DNA of 64,000 bases from Phoronis australis (lineage: Eukaryota; Animalia; Phoronida): the NCBI GenBank assembly GCA_002633005.1, contig NMRA01000745.1, positions 64,158 through 128,157 on the forward strand, given 5' to 3'. A program made the position numbers and the translations under genes. Shown here piece after piece: positions 38,090-49,200 of this stretch; positions within the stretch are counted from its first letter, which is position 1, and each line of letters starts with the position of its first letter. The notes under the pieces were generated by a model. That model ran no database searches and was not told where the DNA came from. It was given only the letters and a program-made list of their open reading frames with translations.

Positions 38090-41000
38090 CCAAATGTGTA
38101 CTGGGGACGATCAAAAGCTGAAGACGCATGCACTGGTGGTAAATGTTCACCAGTGATGCGGCAGCGCTCCAACGCTATACTCCTAACAACTACTTGTTGC
38201 AAAATTTGGACGAGTTCATTTCCTGAACTGGCAGGGCTGGATTTTTTACGGCAGGCGTGCGTTCATTTGTGCTGGAACCTACGCTAGGACCTAGATAAAA
38301 TCTTGCCGAAATCACGTGTTCTCATTTAAAATACACGACAATCTCTCACCTACTGCCGCGAAATCTAGCATTACTGGACAGGAGGGGGGTCTTTCTTTGG
38401 CAGAAACTGCTGTCACGCAGTCACTTAGTGGTTTTTCATGTCCTGTCGACGGCCGGGATACCTGGGATTGAGCACAAAATAAGTTTTTACTACACATTTT
38501 TCCAAATTTACCTTTCCAGCAACATCACCTTCCTAGGGCACACGATCCTCGCATAGATGTCGGTAGATAGGCGTATCTATTTTTCACTTTGTTTTTCTTT
38601 CTAATAACAATTACATAATGGTGAGCATTTATTGGCAACCGGCTGATGACCGCCTAAGGTACGATATCCGTGCAACGTGTATTGTTATATCCAACAAATA
38701 CGCAACAAAGGAAAACAATGGTAGCGTCCCATAGGCGATAACCATGCGACGTGTATTACTCCCGTCGCATGGATCTTGCAAGTTAAGCAATAGCTTGCAA
38801 AGTCCATACGACATAATTTTGCATTGGTCATAGCAACAGTCATGAAACTAAGTTTCAGAAAGTTGGAGGAAACTGATATTAGAAAATGTAATAATGTGGT
38901 CTTAAGTATGTTTCGTTTTGTAGCCGTAATCTAACGAATTTCGACTTTGAAAAGTTAACTTTCAAAGTCTATCGTAATGGTGCAGTACAGAACCACGTAC
39001 CGACAGTGCGTGGGCCCCTTGCCCCGAGATCACAGAACTCTTGGTGTGTTAACCAATGGAGACTAGCGCAATCGATGAGCGATCGACCAGTAAAGTTCAC
39101 CATCCCCGGCCCAATGACGATTGCAAACACTACTGCAGGTATATGAGTTAGTTTCTTCATAACCCATATTTAGCAGAAACTCGATGCTTCCAAAATTTAA
39201 TGTACATGTATTCTCAAAGCTAAGCCAATTCACGGGATACTGTATCCTTGATGCGGCATATTCAGATTTTTCTAAGTAGGTTGGTAATATATCTCAACCG
39301 TGGTTACTAAAGTTGCATTTAAAGAGGTTTTGTGGATGAGCGCGTTTAGTTTGGTGGTCTGGTAGGAAAGTGGCGTTTACCTGTTGAAGCGGCGTGGTGG
39401 TGAAACAAGTTTATCATGATTTTTCTACACACGTGAGATGATACATGACCGTAGTCTTAGTCGCAATCAGATCCGGTTAAAGTAGTACATTCGGTTCCTG
39501 TCGGCTCCCCGACTCATTTCCAAACCAACACCATACTGCTTTAAAAGAAAACGCGCCCGTCAATCTCATTTTAGCACAATTCTGGGTTATCAAAAAAGTA
39601 ACTTCTAAAACACCCTACTAGTAGGTAGCTTTTTACCTTTATCACAACTAGCCTCTCCGGGTACTTAAAGGGATGCTGAACCCTTTGTTTATGTGTAAGC
39701 ATCGACCTCGTACTAAAATTATTGAAACTAGGCACTACTCAGTAGATCTTGAAGATTTTATTCAAATCCTTACAAAATCGATATTGGCTAAATCGGCACA
39801 AGAGACTAACGCTTTTGGGCGACTTAAGGTTACTGGACGACTGTAGGGAAATTCTGCTTCGTCTCAATCACCTGATTTTTTGTTGTTTAGAATCAAACAG
39901 TTAAAATACATCAGTGTGTCAACCAACCTTGTTTTTGGATGTTATGTTTACCAACTCTATTGCTGTGTCGGTCACCAGTCGATGGAATTTCGCTATCAGC
40001 AATGTGTGTAGCTTAGGTTTGTTTACTGACATCAATAAATGAACACCAGTGGCCTATGTCACACTCAAAGGTGTGACACTTTTCAATACCATTACTGTCA
40101 TCAGCCTCATATAACGTGAACAAATCGATAATCTAATTTATTAGTTTAATAACCTTTTTGATTCCCACTAGTGACACAATGGAATGCTTCATCGAGTTAT
40201 CGTGTTTTTAGTTCCCCAAAATACCTCTAAGTATGCTATGTGTGTGCAGATTTACTTTCCCAAATTGTCCACAGCATGGCGCTGCATTAATATTTCATGA
40301 TGGTAATGGAATGTTGTCAAGCAAATTGTTATCAGTGTTGAATGTTTCTCCAAGGGGTACTTGGGTTTCACATGATGTCTTTGTTTCACTATTTATTTTC
40401 AAGTTCATGATTATCTACGTTGGCCGAAGGGAATTGTAAAATTTTGCCAATGGGCCCTGATGATCAAACTCAAAAAGAAACATTCTATAGCCCTGACATT
40501 TACTGGGGTTTGTTTTATGAAGAGTCACGTTAAGTCACAATTTTGGTCTTACGCTCCACGTATCTATTCCTGAAATATATTTCGTCCTCACTTGAGCAAA
40601 AGTGCAAGCTCTCTGGGAGTATACACAAAAAATTCATTTCTTGGTTACTGTGATAATTTATATAAAGTAAATTATTTCTTGACAGTGATGCACTCATAAT
40701 TACTTGAGTAAAGACCTGTCGCAAGCTCCGCCCCCTAACGAAATGTCGGCACAGGAGCAATAAGTTTCACCCGGCAACGTTTTTGTCGGGTAAAATGGCG
40801 GCTTGGAAACGAAGGTGTGTCGAGAATGCAGCGTTCTGATTGGTCAATTAAGCTGTCACTCAAAATCCTGGCGATAGGTCAAATGAAGTAGATGCGTAAG
40901 ACCAAATTCCCGTCTTTTAAGTCTTAAACCACTTTCATGAAACAGGACCAGCCTCTAAACTAAATCACTAATTTGGTTTTCGTTGTTCCAAAATAGGGTA

Positions 41001-42666
41001 TCCACACTACTGTTGATCAATTTGTGTGCATTTTATTACTCGTAACTGGAACAATGCTGCTGTATAAGTAAATGAGAAGTTATGTTTTATATTTTTTTTA
41101 GACGACTTTCATAACAACCCAAAAGAACTGAGTGAATCTTTGATAAAGTGCATCAATCGCGAGGTTCGTGCTCTATCAGATGCTGGATGCAAACACATTC
41201 AAGTCGACGAGCCTTTGCTGGTGCGTATTCCGGAAGTGGCAATGGATTATGGTATCGACCATCCTAGGAGGTGCTTTTAAGGAGTGGACAGCGATGTGAC
41301 GAAGACAATCCATTTATGTTGCGGTTATCCTACACATCTGGTAACTGTTTTGTTAATACATTGTACTTTCATGTAAGCAATAAAGGTGCTTGTGTGGGTC
41401 GAATGGAATGCTTTTAACAGAAGATCAAGCAGATTACAAGAGTAAGCTTACTTAGTGATCCAGACAGGCTCGGCTATGTTATGTGCTTGAGGAACCTGGC
41501 TGCCGTGTTCCTCTGGGTTAAATCACCTGCGGAAGCTAACAGATTAGAAACTCGGCCTGTTTCACTGCACCTTTCTCTTTTTGACAAATGTATAGACGAA
41601 CCGCTGAAGTCAGGAAGTCTTGTTTGTCCGGAACCACGATGGTATACCGAGGACAATAACTGGCGAGTTTTCGAACCGATTACAATTATTTCCTCGTAAA
41701 AAAATTATCAGGATTACTTTGGCCCGAAACTAATGCGATAAAAATAGGTCAAAACAAATGCGTTAAGGTTCGATTTTCTGATACACCGGTTAACTCATTT
41801 GGTTTTAGAGCTGTAAAATCTCACTGTTTCTAGAAATATACTTGATTTCAATCCCTTAACGTATTAAATCTGGTGTCGCATATTTCTTTTCTCACGTTAG
41901 TGATCTGTGAGTTTAGAAAGAACTGGTACTTTGCTATTGCTTGAAGTCAGATTCCATAAGTTAGCTTGGCCAGGGAGATGTACATGTACATGTACTTGGC
42001 TAGCATTGCTTCAAGCCATAACGAACTATCAGTTCTACTGTAGTGCAAGGACTCGAGTAAGAAAGCTGTTGACAACGTTTCATAACACATTTCTATTTTT
42101 GCATGTGCAACGTAGGATGCTGAGAACTATCTCAAGGCAGAGCAAAAGGTGTATTTTGACCTGGCAGAAAAGCTTGACAACGCTGGTTTCGACGAAAGTA
42201 TGTGATATTTAATTATTGTCTATTCACATTACGAACAACAATAGCTTGGTTTGTAACTCACACATATCTGCTTCAAACCTGACATTCAACAATAAACTTT
42301 ACGAATTAGAAGCCTTTTATTTTGTTTTATTTTGTTTAACTTAAAATGATATTCTTTCAGTTTCCATCGAAGATGCTTGGCGATACAACGACCTCTCATT
42401 ACTCGACAAGTTCAAGAAATCTACCATTGTTTTCGGGGTTCTTTGCATCGCGAGAAGTCAAGTGGAAACCGTCGACGAAATTGAGAAAAGAATCAAAGAC
42501 GCTCTTAGTCATATTACCAGAGAAAGGCTCGTGATAGCACCCGACTGCGGCTTGGGGTTTCTTCCTAAAGACATCCTTCTCAGTAAACTGAAAAACATGG
42601 TGGAGGCGGCTACGAAATGTTGAACACGCGTTATTCTCGAGGAAATAAATATGGTCAGTCTCCATA

Positions 42667-43644
42667 GGATACATGTAGCTCTAAAAACCCTTCGCCCCCC
42701 TCGACCCACAACCCAAAAAGCCCTCGACCCAGTCAATGCAAGCTCGACTGGATCTGAATATAGAACCAGCGCTGACTTGCAGGACCAGGGAGTTGGGCCG
42801 TGATCTCGGCTGGGTTTTTCCTGTTTTTTTGAAATTCAGGAAGTCTATATTCGGCAAGTTTGAAAGCCAAAAACAGAAACAAACAACGCGACCAAATCAA
42901 ATGAAAGACCCGCTACCAACGTTACAAATGTTGTTCTCGGCAGAGCGTAATCGTCTCGTCTGATCTTGAGTGAATAGCAGATTCAATTTGGTTGTGGAGA
43001 GAGCGAGGAACCTACAGAACTGTAATTTCATCAATAAATGCAGTTTGATGAAACAAACTCTTGACTAAACGTATATTCTAAACGAGTATACAACAGAAAG
43101 CAAATAATTAAAATGTAAAATTATGTACATTCGCGTTACCGTACTCTTTACCTAAGTGTAGTAGAACTGGACCATGGGTAGCCGCTGGTGTAACTATTTC
43201 CGTAACAACAATACCGCGCTCTCAGTGCCTTATTTCAGATCACGTTCTCACGCCACTTAAATCACCAGACTAGAGCAAGAGCAGACTCGCGTGTAGGCTT
43301 GTACGTCCTACGGGATAGTCACTCAGCGGCATACATGTGTTGTGAAGCGTGACTTCCGGTTGTGATGACTGGTACACTCAGATAAAGCCTCTCTAAGCCG
43401 CTGGCCAAGCAGCAATTTCCTCTTTATCGCATGGTTTAGACGCTTGGTCGTCGCACGTGCAACCTGGGTTAAAGTCCCACCGGAGACACCGAAATTGTCT
43501 ACACATGTAGTTCGATGCAATATGTAGGAATTGCAAAAACACACCTGTTGCCTCGAGTCGAGGGGCTGTGCGTCGAGGGGGTCGTTGGTCGAGAAGTGTG
43601 AGCAGTCAATGAGTTTGTGGATCGAAGGGTTTTTGGAACTATCC
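42667..43644. mobile_element. Putative non-autonomous TIR element just after the MetE-like stop codon
   Basis: Left TAGCTCTAAAAACCCTTCG (42676) versus right reverse complement TAGTTCCAAAAACCCTTCG (43641), with mirrored subterminal CCCTCGAC repeats. No clear TSD. Confidence 0.55.
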
Positions 43645-44415
43645 GTTTCCAAGTGATTAAGAACTGCTCCTAAGCACTGTATCACTGGCAATTTCCCCAG
43701 CTCGTTGCATTTATATTACCCATGTGCAGTATGCGGCAAACCACGTGACTTTTGGTCAGCTGATGATATTACACGCCGCACATCTAGTGAACGTCTTGCT
43801 TTGGATACAATGACTGGTCTCGAGAAAAGTGCAATATTTTGCACGTGTGAAGCACTTGTACTGTACGCGGCTTGATTTTAGATAAGATTTTAAATTACAA
43901 AGACGGATATAGGGGCTCATCCCCACTTCAACCCCTCACAGACAGAGAGGGGCAAGAAAAAACTCGATCGTTTTCCTTCGAAAAATATGATATGTTTGTA
44001 TGCCCTCTCCCTTACGACATCCTACATGTAGAACCGTCAGCACATTATTAACTGAACCAGAGCTGAATTTTGAATAATTTTAGAAGAAATTTAAGGAATT
44101 TTTGATTGATTTAAACCATTCGATTAACACACCCAATAAAAGTACGAACAGCATGCAAGTGAATAACCAACTAATTTATTTCGAGTTTTTAGAAAGGTAA
44201 TTGCGAATTAAATACAGTTACATCTAGTAGCGTTTAATTAGAGCCCCAATTATATTCTCATGTTTTTTACTACATTCAACACGGAGTCAAGTAACAGAGC
44301 ACATTTTTCGCATTTTCTCAATTCAAGTGAGCTGAGCCTAAATGTTGACCATTGCGTCCAAGTAGGGGGTGCACTTTAATCGTTCCCGTACAGGCGCATG
44401 CTCCTTATTTCAAAT

Positions 44416-44804
44416 AGGGCTGTCCCAGATTTTCACAGCGACACTCGAATCTCACCGCATTACCAGTAATACCGTGAATATTTGCTGCCTCGTTTTCTTG
44501 CCGCTGGGGTTTCAAATGTTATTTATTGCTTTCTGATTCTTGAAAAGATTTTTTCTCGGTTGCATTACTCAATTTGCCCTACCAATGACAACGAAGTATT
44601 TCTGCTGTACTGTGGACAGCAACTCCGACGTGGGGAAGTTTGATAAACTGAAAAAATACCCAGAGATGGCGTGATCTGAATTTCTTCTCCTTTCCGACAT
44701 CAATGAGAGACAAAAAATGCGAGTGACGTCCAAAACAAGGTCACGAATTTTCTTAACTCCGGGACAAGGGAGAGTTCTATCGCCGTGTAATCCGGGACTG
44801 TCCT
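44416..44804 (+). mobile_element. Short non-autonomous DNA transposon (ISL2EU/PIF-Harbinger-group-like) with a THAP remnant
   Basis: TIR AGGGCTGTCCCAGATT versus right-end reverse complement AGGACAGTCCCGGATT, flanked by AT on both sides. Internal ATG at 44585 reads MTTKYFCC..NSD..K..YPEM and, after a frameshift, FFSFP. Confidence 0.55.
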
Positions 44805-45155
44805 ATTAGGTAGATTAAACAAACCAATTCACGTCCGTGTCCCATGTAAGAGGACAGGAGAGTTGTACATGTACGTGTATAAACCAACATTTTTCGAAAT
44901 GCAGAAGGGCCCAAATGAGTATCTGCATTTCATATGGTAATACCTGCGTTTTTATTGACTTATATACGATGTTAATGAATTTAAGTTCATAAAATGTGGT
45001 CTAAAATAAACTAGGCCTTCTAAAGTGGACACGTCAGAGCAAAGCGATCAAAATATCACAAGAAGTAAACAGACGGGAGTCGGAATTCGGTCCAACAAAA
45101 ACAGGCAGGGCCAATTCGTGTAGCATGCACAGACGGCATGTGGCGTGTTCTGATG

Positions 45156-45316
45156 CTGTGGCAGATTTAGGGGGGACACAAGAGCCATGCCCCCCGCCCC
45201 CCTTAAACTTCTTCCAGATTCATTTTGGCAATTCGGGGGTGGGGATTTCTGGGGGCAAAATCCGGGCCAATACTCTGTCCTAAACCCTCTAATCCAAAAT
45301 CTTGGATTCGCTCCTG
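45156..45316 (+). repeat. MITE family A copy
   Basis: Collinear with 7408-7569 (GGCAGATTTAGGGGG..GGCAAAATCCGGGCCAATACTCT..AAAATCTTGGATTCGCTCCTG). Confidence 0.7.
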
Positions 45317-46286
45317 TAATGATATTTCTTTGCATTAGGTACACACCGAGTTTGAGCGGGACCTTAAACCAGGTGCTGAAATTTGCTGTTACTGAGCAAA
45401 TGATATACCGTCGAAAAAGGCGCATGGGCGTTTTCGGATAATCCTGCAGACATTTGTTTGTTCTGGTTTGTTATTGTGTATATATCGTGTGACGTACCAG
45501 CGTCGATATGACACAGGCACATAGGCGGATTTAGGGGGACAGGGGGCTGCGGAAAAAAGGAAACAGTAAGAGCGTGAGGAAATACTGATTTTATCAACTA
45601 ACTCCCGGTAAGAAAAATGGAAGATTCAACAATGTGGGGGGTAGGGCTCAGAGCCGATTGGAGACAGTCGGCGCAATCAGTTCCTCCATTGTTTTTAGTC
45701 GCCCCACATCTCCAGAAACTCGACTTCACCCTACATTTTAGGCTCGGCCTGCACACGCAATCGTGCTTTGCGTGATTCACCGAGACAAAATGTCGGATCT
45801 CCCCTTATGATATCCTACATCCACCACTGGGACTAATGTCGGTATTTTTGTTTGGAGTCAACTTTCAGCATAGTAAACGGTTGGCAGTTGTGGTTGAGGA
45901 TTAAAATAAAACCGTTTCATGGTCGAAAACTATGCATAGATAATGGCGTTTAGGCCGTATCTTTGTGTTGGGTATGGAGTTTTTTATAGGTCTAAGCCTT
46001 TGTGCATGTGCATTTGTTGGTCGCACTTTATGTCGTTTGTGGAATCTCCAGGCATAATTATACATGTATGTCGTCTATCGGATTTTAACCGGCGGACCTA
46101 GTCCACTTTTTTGTTTTATTCAAAAATATCTTACGTGTATTAAATTTGAAATGAATCACTAGAAATTGTTATACGTGAATCTTGAATTTTCCCAGTGCTA
46201 AATTATTCATGCACAGAACATTGGATAATTGGATTGACCTAATAAGACACGAAAGGCTCATGTAACTAACAATCCGTTTGGGAGTT

Positions 46287-49200
46287 TCACGTATGCTTAG
46301 TCTTGACAAAGATAGCCATTGCATCCGCTGTGCCCAGCTCAGGTCCGTCTACAAAACATAAAGGGATATCCATTATGCAGAACATTGGAAAGGAATTGAT
46401 TATAATTTGCATTCTGTGCGAACTCGTTAGTGATATACAGCTATTCCCTAATAATCAAACACGTACATTCATCACTAGACTAATGGGAAAATGCCATAAT
46501 CTAGAAACGCTCTACAAGAGTGAGAATCCTCTTGTCGAAACGAAAATGGCTATTAGGCATGTTTTAGAGGTCAAATTCACTTGAAAAAGGGCGTCGACGG
46601 ATTGATCTCTCACATCACTGGGTCATGACACATTAAATCCGTCCTTCAGTTACGCAGATATCTTCCGAAAACACTCTTCTCCACAGAAGAAGTGAACGCA
46701 TCCCTTGTCGAGATTGAAGTGGCCATAGTGTTGCATCTATGAAATCTGCTCGAAAATCAACTAGTACTGGCGTATTGTTGTCAAATACCGTGTGTAAAGT
46801 ACTGTATGTGCTTTAGCTGTACACAAATCAACCAGAAAATCTTCTGCAAAAATGCCGAAACACTAAAGCCCTCCCCCTTGCCCCTTAGCGATGCCCTACG
46901 TCCTTGTGCCAAATTTCATCAAAATACAAATAGATTTCGTGGTAGCGAGGAGACGGCAACTGGACAAACGGCCAATTGGCCATGGAGGGGTGCTGTATTA
47001 GCCAATCAAGTGATGCCAGCACACATCTGTTACATTCCTCTGTCCCAGGTGTTGGATTGGAATCTGTACAAAGTTTTTCACATATCCACAATCGCTCATC
47101 CTCTCAGCAAGGAAAACCCTTGTCGAGACCAAAATGGTCTCCAAGAGGTGCTGCAGTGGTCTTATCTGCCAATATAAACGATTGTTGCCGAAGCATTGTT
47201 GTCACATACATTAGTGTAGAGATTTAGGTAAATCTATCAATTTCTTCTCTAGATATTACCCGGAAACGCTAGTCTTCCCTAAACTACAGCTGAAAAAACC
47301 TTGTCGGGACCGCAACGGTGTGGCTGTATTTGTCGAATACGCCAGAAAACCGATTTGGGCCAGCGCGTTCTCGTCACATACCTCTGTGTCAAGTTTTTTT
47401 GGCGTCCATCGATTCTATCAGAGATGTGTTACTCAGAGAGTAATACATTTCTAGTTCTAGTGATGACATTCGGATTCGCTATTCCTCCAAAAAATACTGA
47501 AAAGACCCACTTACCTGCCCATGAGGTCGAGACAGATTGAAAAGTTTGATGGCGCGAAAACGTACAATTCCTCGGAAGAAACCATGTTTCCTTATTTACA
47601 TGTCTGGTTTCATTTAACTTGTTTTCGTTTTATTTTACTAACATAATTAGGAAACGGCGATAGCTGTTTAAGGGTATACATGTACTGTCACTCTTGTAGG
47701 CCAATCTCGCACCCTGCCTAAAATAGAGGGGCTCGAATTTCTCGGTATAGGTGTATGTGGTCTTTTCGCTGTAAAATGAACACGAGGACTATAAAAACGC
47801 GGTACTGGGTCCAGACCAATGGATCATGCAATCGCGCCGAATTCTTGTGGACTTTGTCTCGTTTTTTTCGGACTTTTTCGTTCTCTGGGGCGGACCTTTT
47901 TCCCCACTTCGTCGAATGGGGGACTCGTTCGAGCTCCTTTAGTCTCCTCTGGGTGCGCGCATGTAGGTAGAATTATTTTGGTTCATGTATGTTATATCAG
48001 TGTGAATTTTACCTATTGCAGAGCTCCACTTCATCTTGGTCGGAGTCTTACTGTACCAAAACTGTGGGTAGTTGGAAACTCCGTTCTCCCAATCACAAAC
48101 ACCTTCACCGTCTATTACAGCGACCCATCCTGTGTCTTTGTCACAGCTCTCGTACGCGGTACTGATGAAAAATCGGCGGTGGGTAGTATATTCCCTAATC
48201 ACATCAAAACACATAATTATTTATTTATTATTTATTTATTTATTTATTTATTATGATATTTAAAATGAGGGTGTTCTCTTCATTAATAGCACTGCTTTCC
48301 AAGAGGGCCCTCAACAACAAATAGCAGTATAATAATACAATGAAGTAATAAAACAACGATTTAACATACGTACATGTAACAAAGGTACAATTAAAACAGG
48401 TTGAGAATTAGGACAATAACTAAATGACAAAGATTGGCGAAAATTTAACTATGAGAGATCAAATTAAAAAAAAGAGATGACTCTTAACAGTGAGACTATT
48501 TACGACCACGAAAAAATGACATGATTAAGATAAGTAGGGTATAAAAGATTAGGTAAATTACAGCCACAGTGTGCTCTTTAAAATTAATATCCTCACTCAG
48601 TAGGTAGTGTAAAGGTCAGCTTATTTGTATAGATAAAGATTTTCAGCGTAAACCTGGTCTCTTGGCGAACTGGTCTTGTCTATCTTTTCACAGCGTACAG
48701 CATGTTTTGGTTCTGTGGAATTGTGATTTGTTTAGGGATGCATTTGACATTTTTCGAGTATTGCGACACANAACCTTGTCGGGACCGCAACGGTGTGGCT
48801 GTACTTATCGAATACGTCAGGAAACCGATTGGTGCCAGCGCGTTCTCGTCACATACCTCTGTGTCAATTTTTTTTTTTTGGCGTCCATCGATTCTATCAG
48901 AGATGTGTTACTCAGAGAGTAATACATTTCTAGCTCTAACGATGACATTCGGAAACGCTATTCCTCAAAAAAATACTGAAAAGCCCCACTTACATGTACC
49001 TGCCCATGAGGTCGAGACAGATTGAAAAGTTTGATGGCGCGAAAACGTACAATTCCTCGGAAGACAATCATGTTTCCTTATTTACATGTCTGGTTTCATT
49101 TAACTTGTTTTCGTTTTATTTTACTAACATAATTAGGAAACGGCGATAGCTGTTTAAAGATATACTGTCACTCTTGTAGGCTATTCGCGCACCCTGCCTA

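Larger units (their letters stand above)
33010..42623 (+). pseudogene. Cobalamin-independent methionine synthase (MetE) C-terminal/core-type Zn methyltransferase-like gene, ~354 codons, with an in-frame TAA (pseudogene, null allele or base error)
   Basis: Exons: 33010-33025 (candidate start MTKQH, tentative), 33331-33471 (PLRTTVIGSYPKP), 35300-35408 (EQAELGIDVVTDGELGRENY), 38924-39138 (RPVKFTIPGPMTI), 41102-41340 (AGCKHIQVDEP..CF*GV..IHLCCGYP), 42116-42197, 42361-42623 (ISIE..VIAPDCGLG..KLKNMVEAA). Phases are consistent and all introns are GT-AG. The Zn ligands H-x-C, E and C are intact. TAA at 41278-41280. Confidence 0.9.

Noticed and set aside
41278-41280. Recoding (selenocysteine or readthrough) of the in-frame stop
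   Set aside because: The codon is TAA rather than TGA, it is at a non-catalytic position, and no SECIS-like element was identified.
33010-42623. Bacterial contamination as the source of the MetE-like sequence
   Set aside because: The gene is split by phase-consistent GT-AG introns containing host-type repeats and is contiguous with GKAP1.
46580-47210. Coding-like relic (possible retroelement or third exon copy)
   Set aside because: No alignable motif to exon 4 or to RT/integrase, and many stops.
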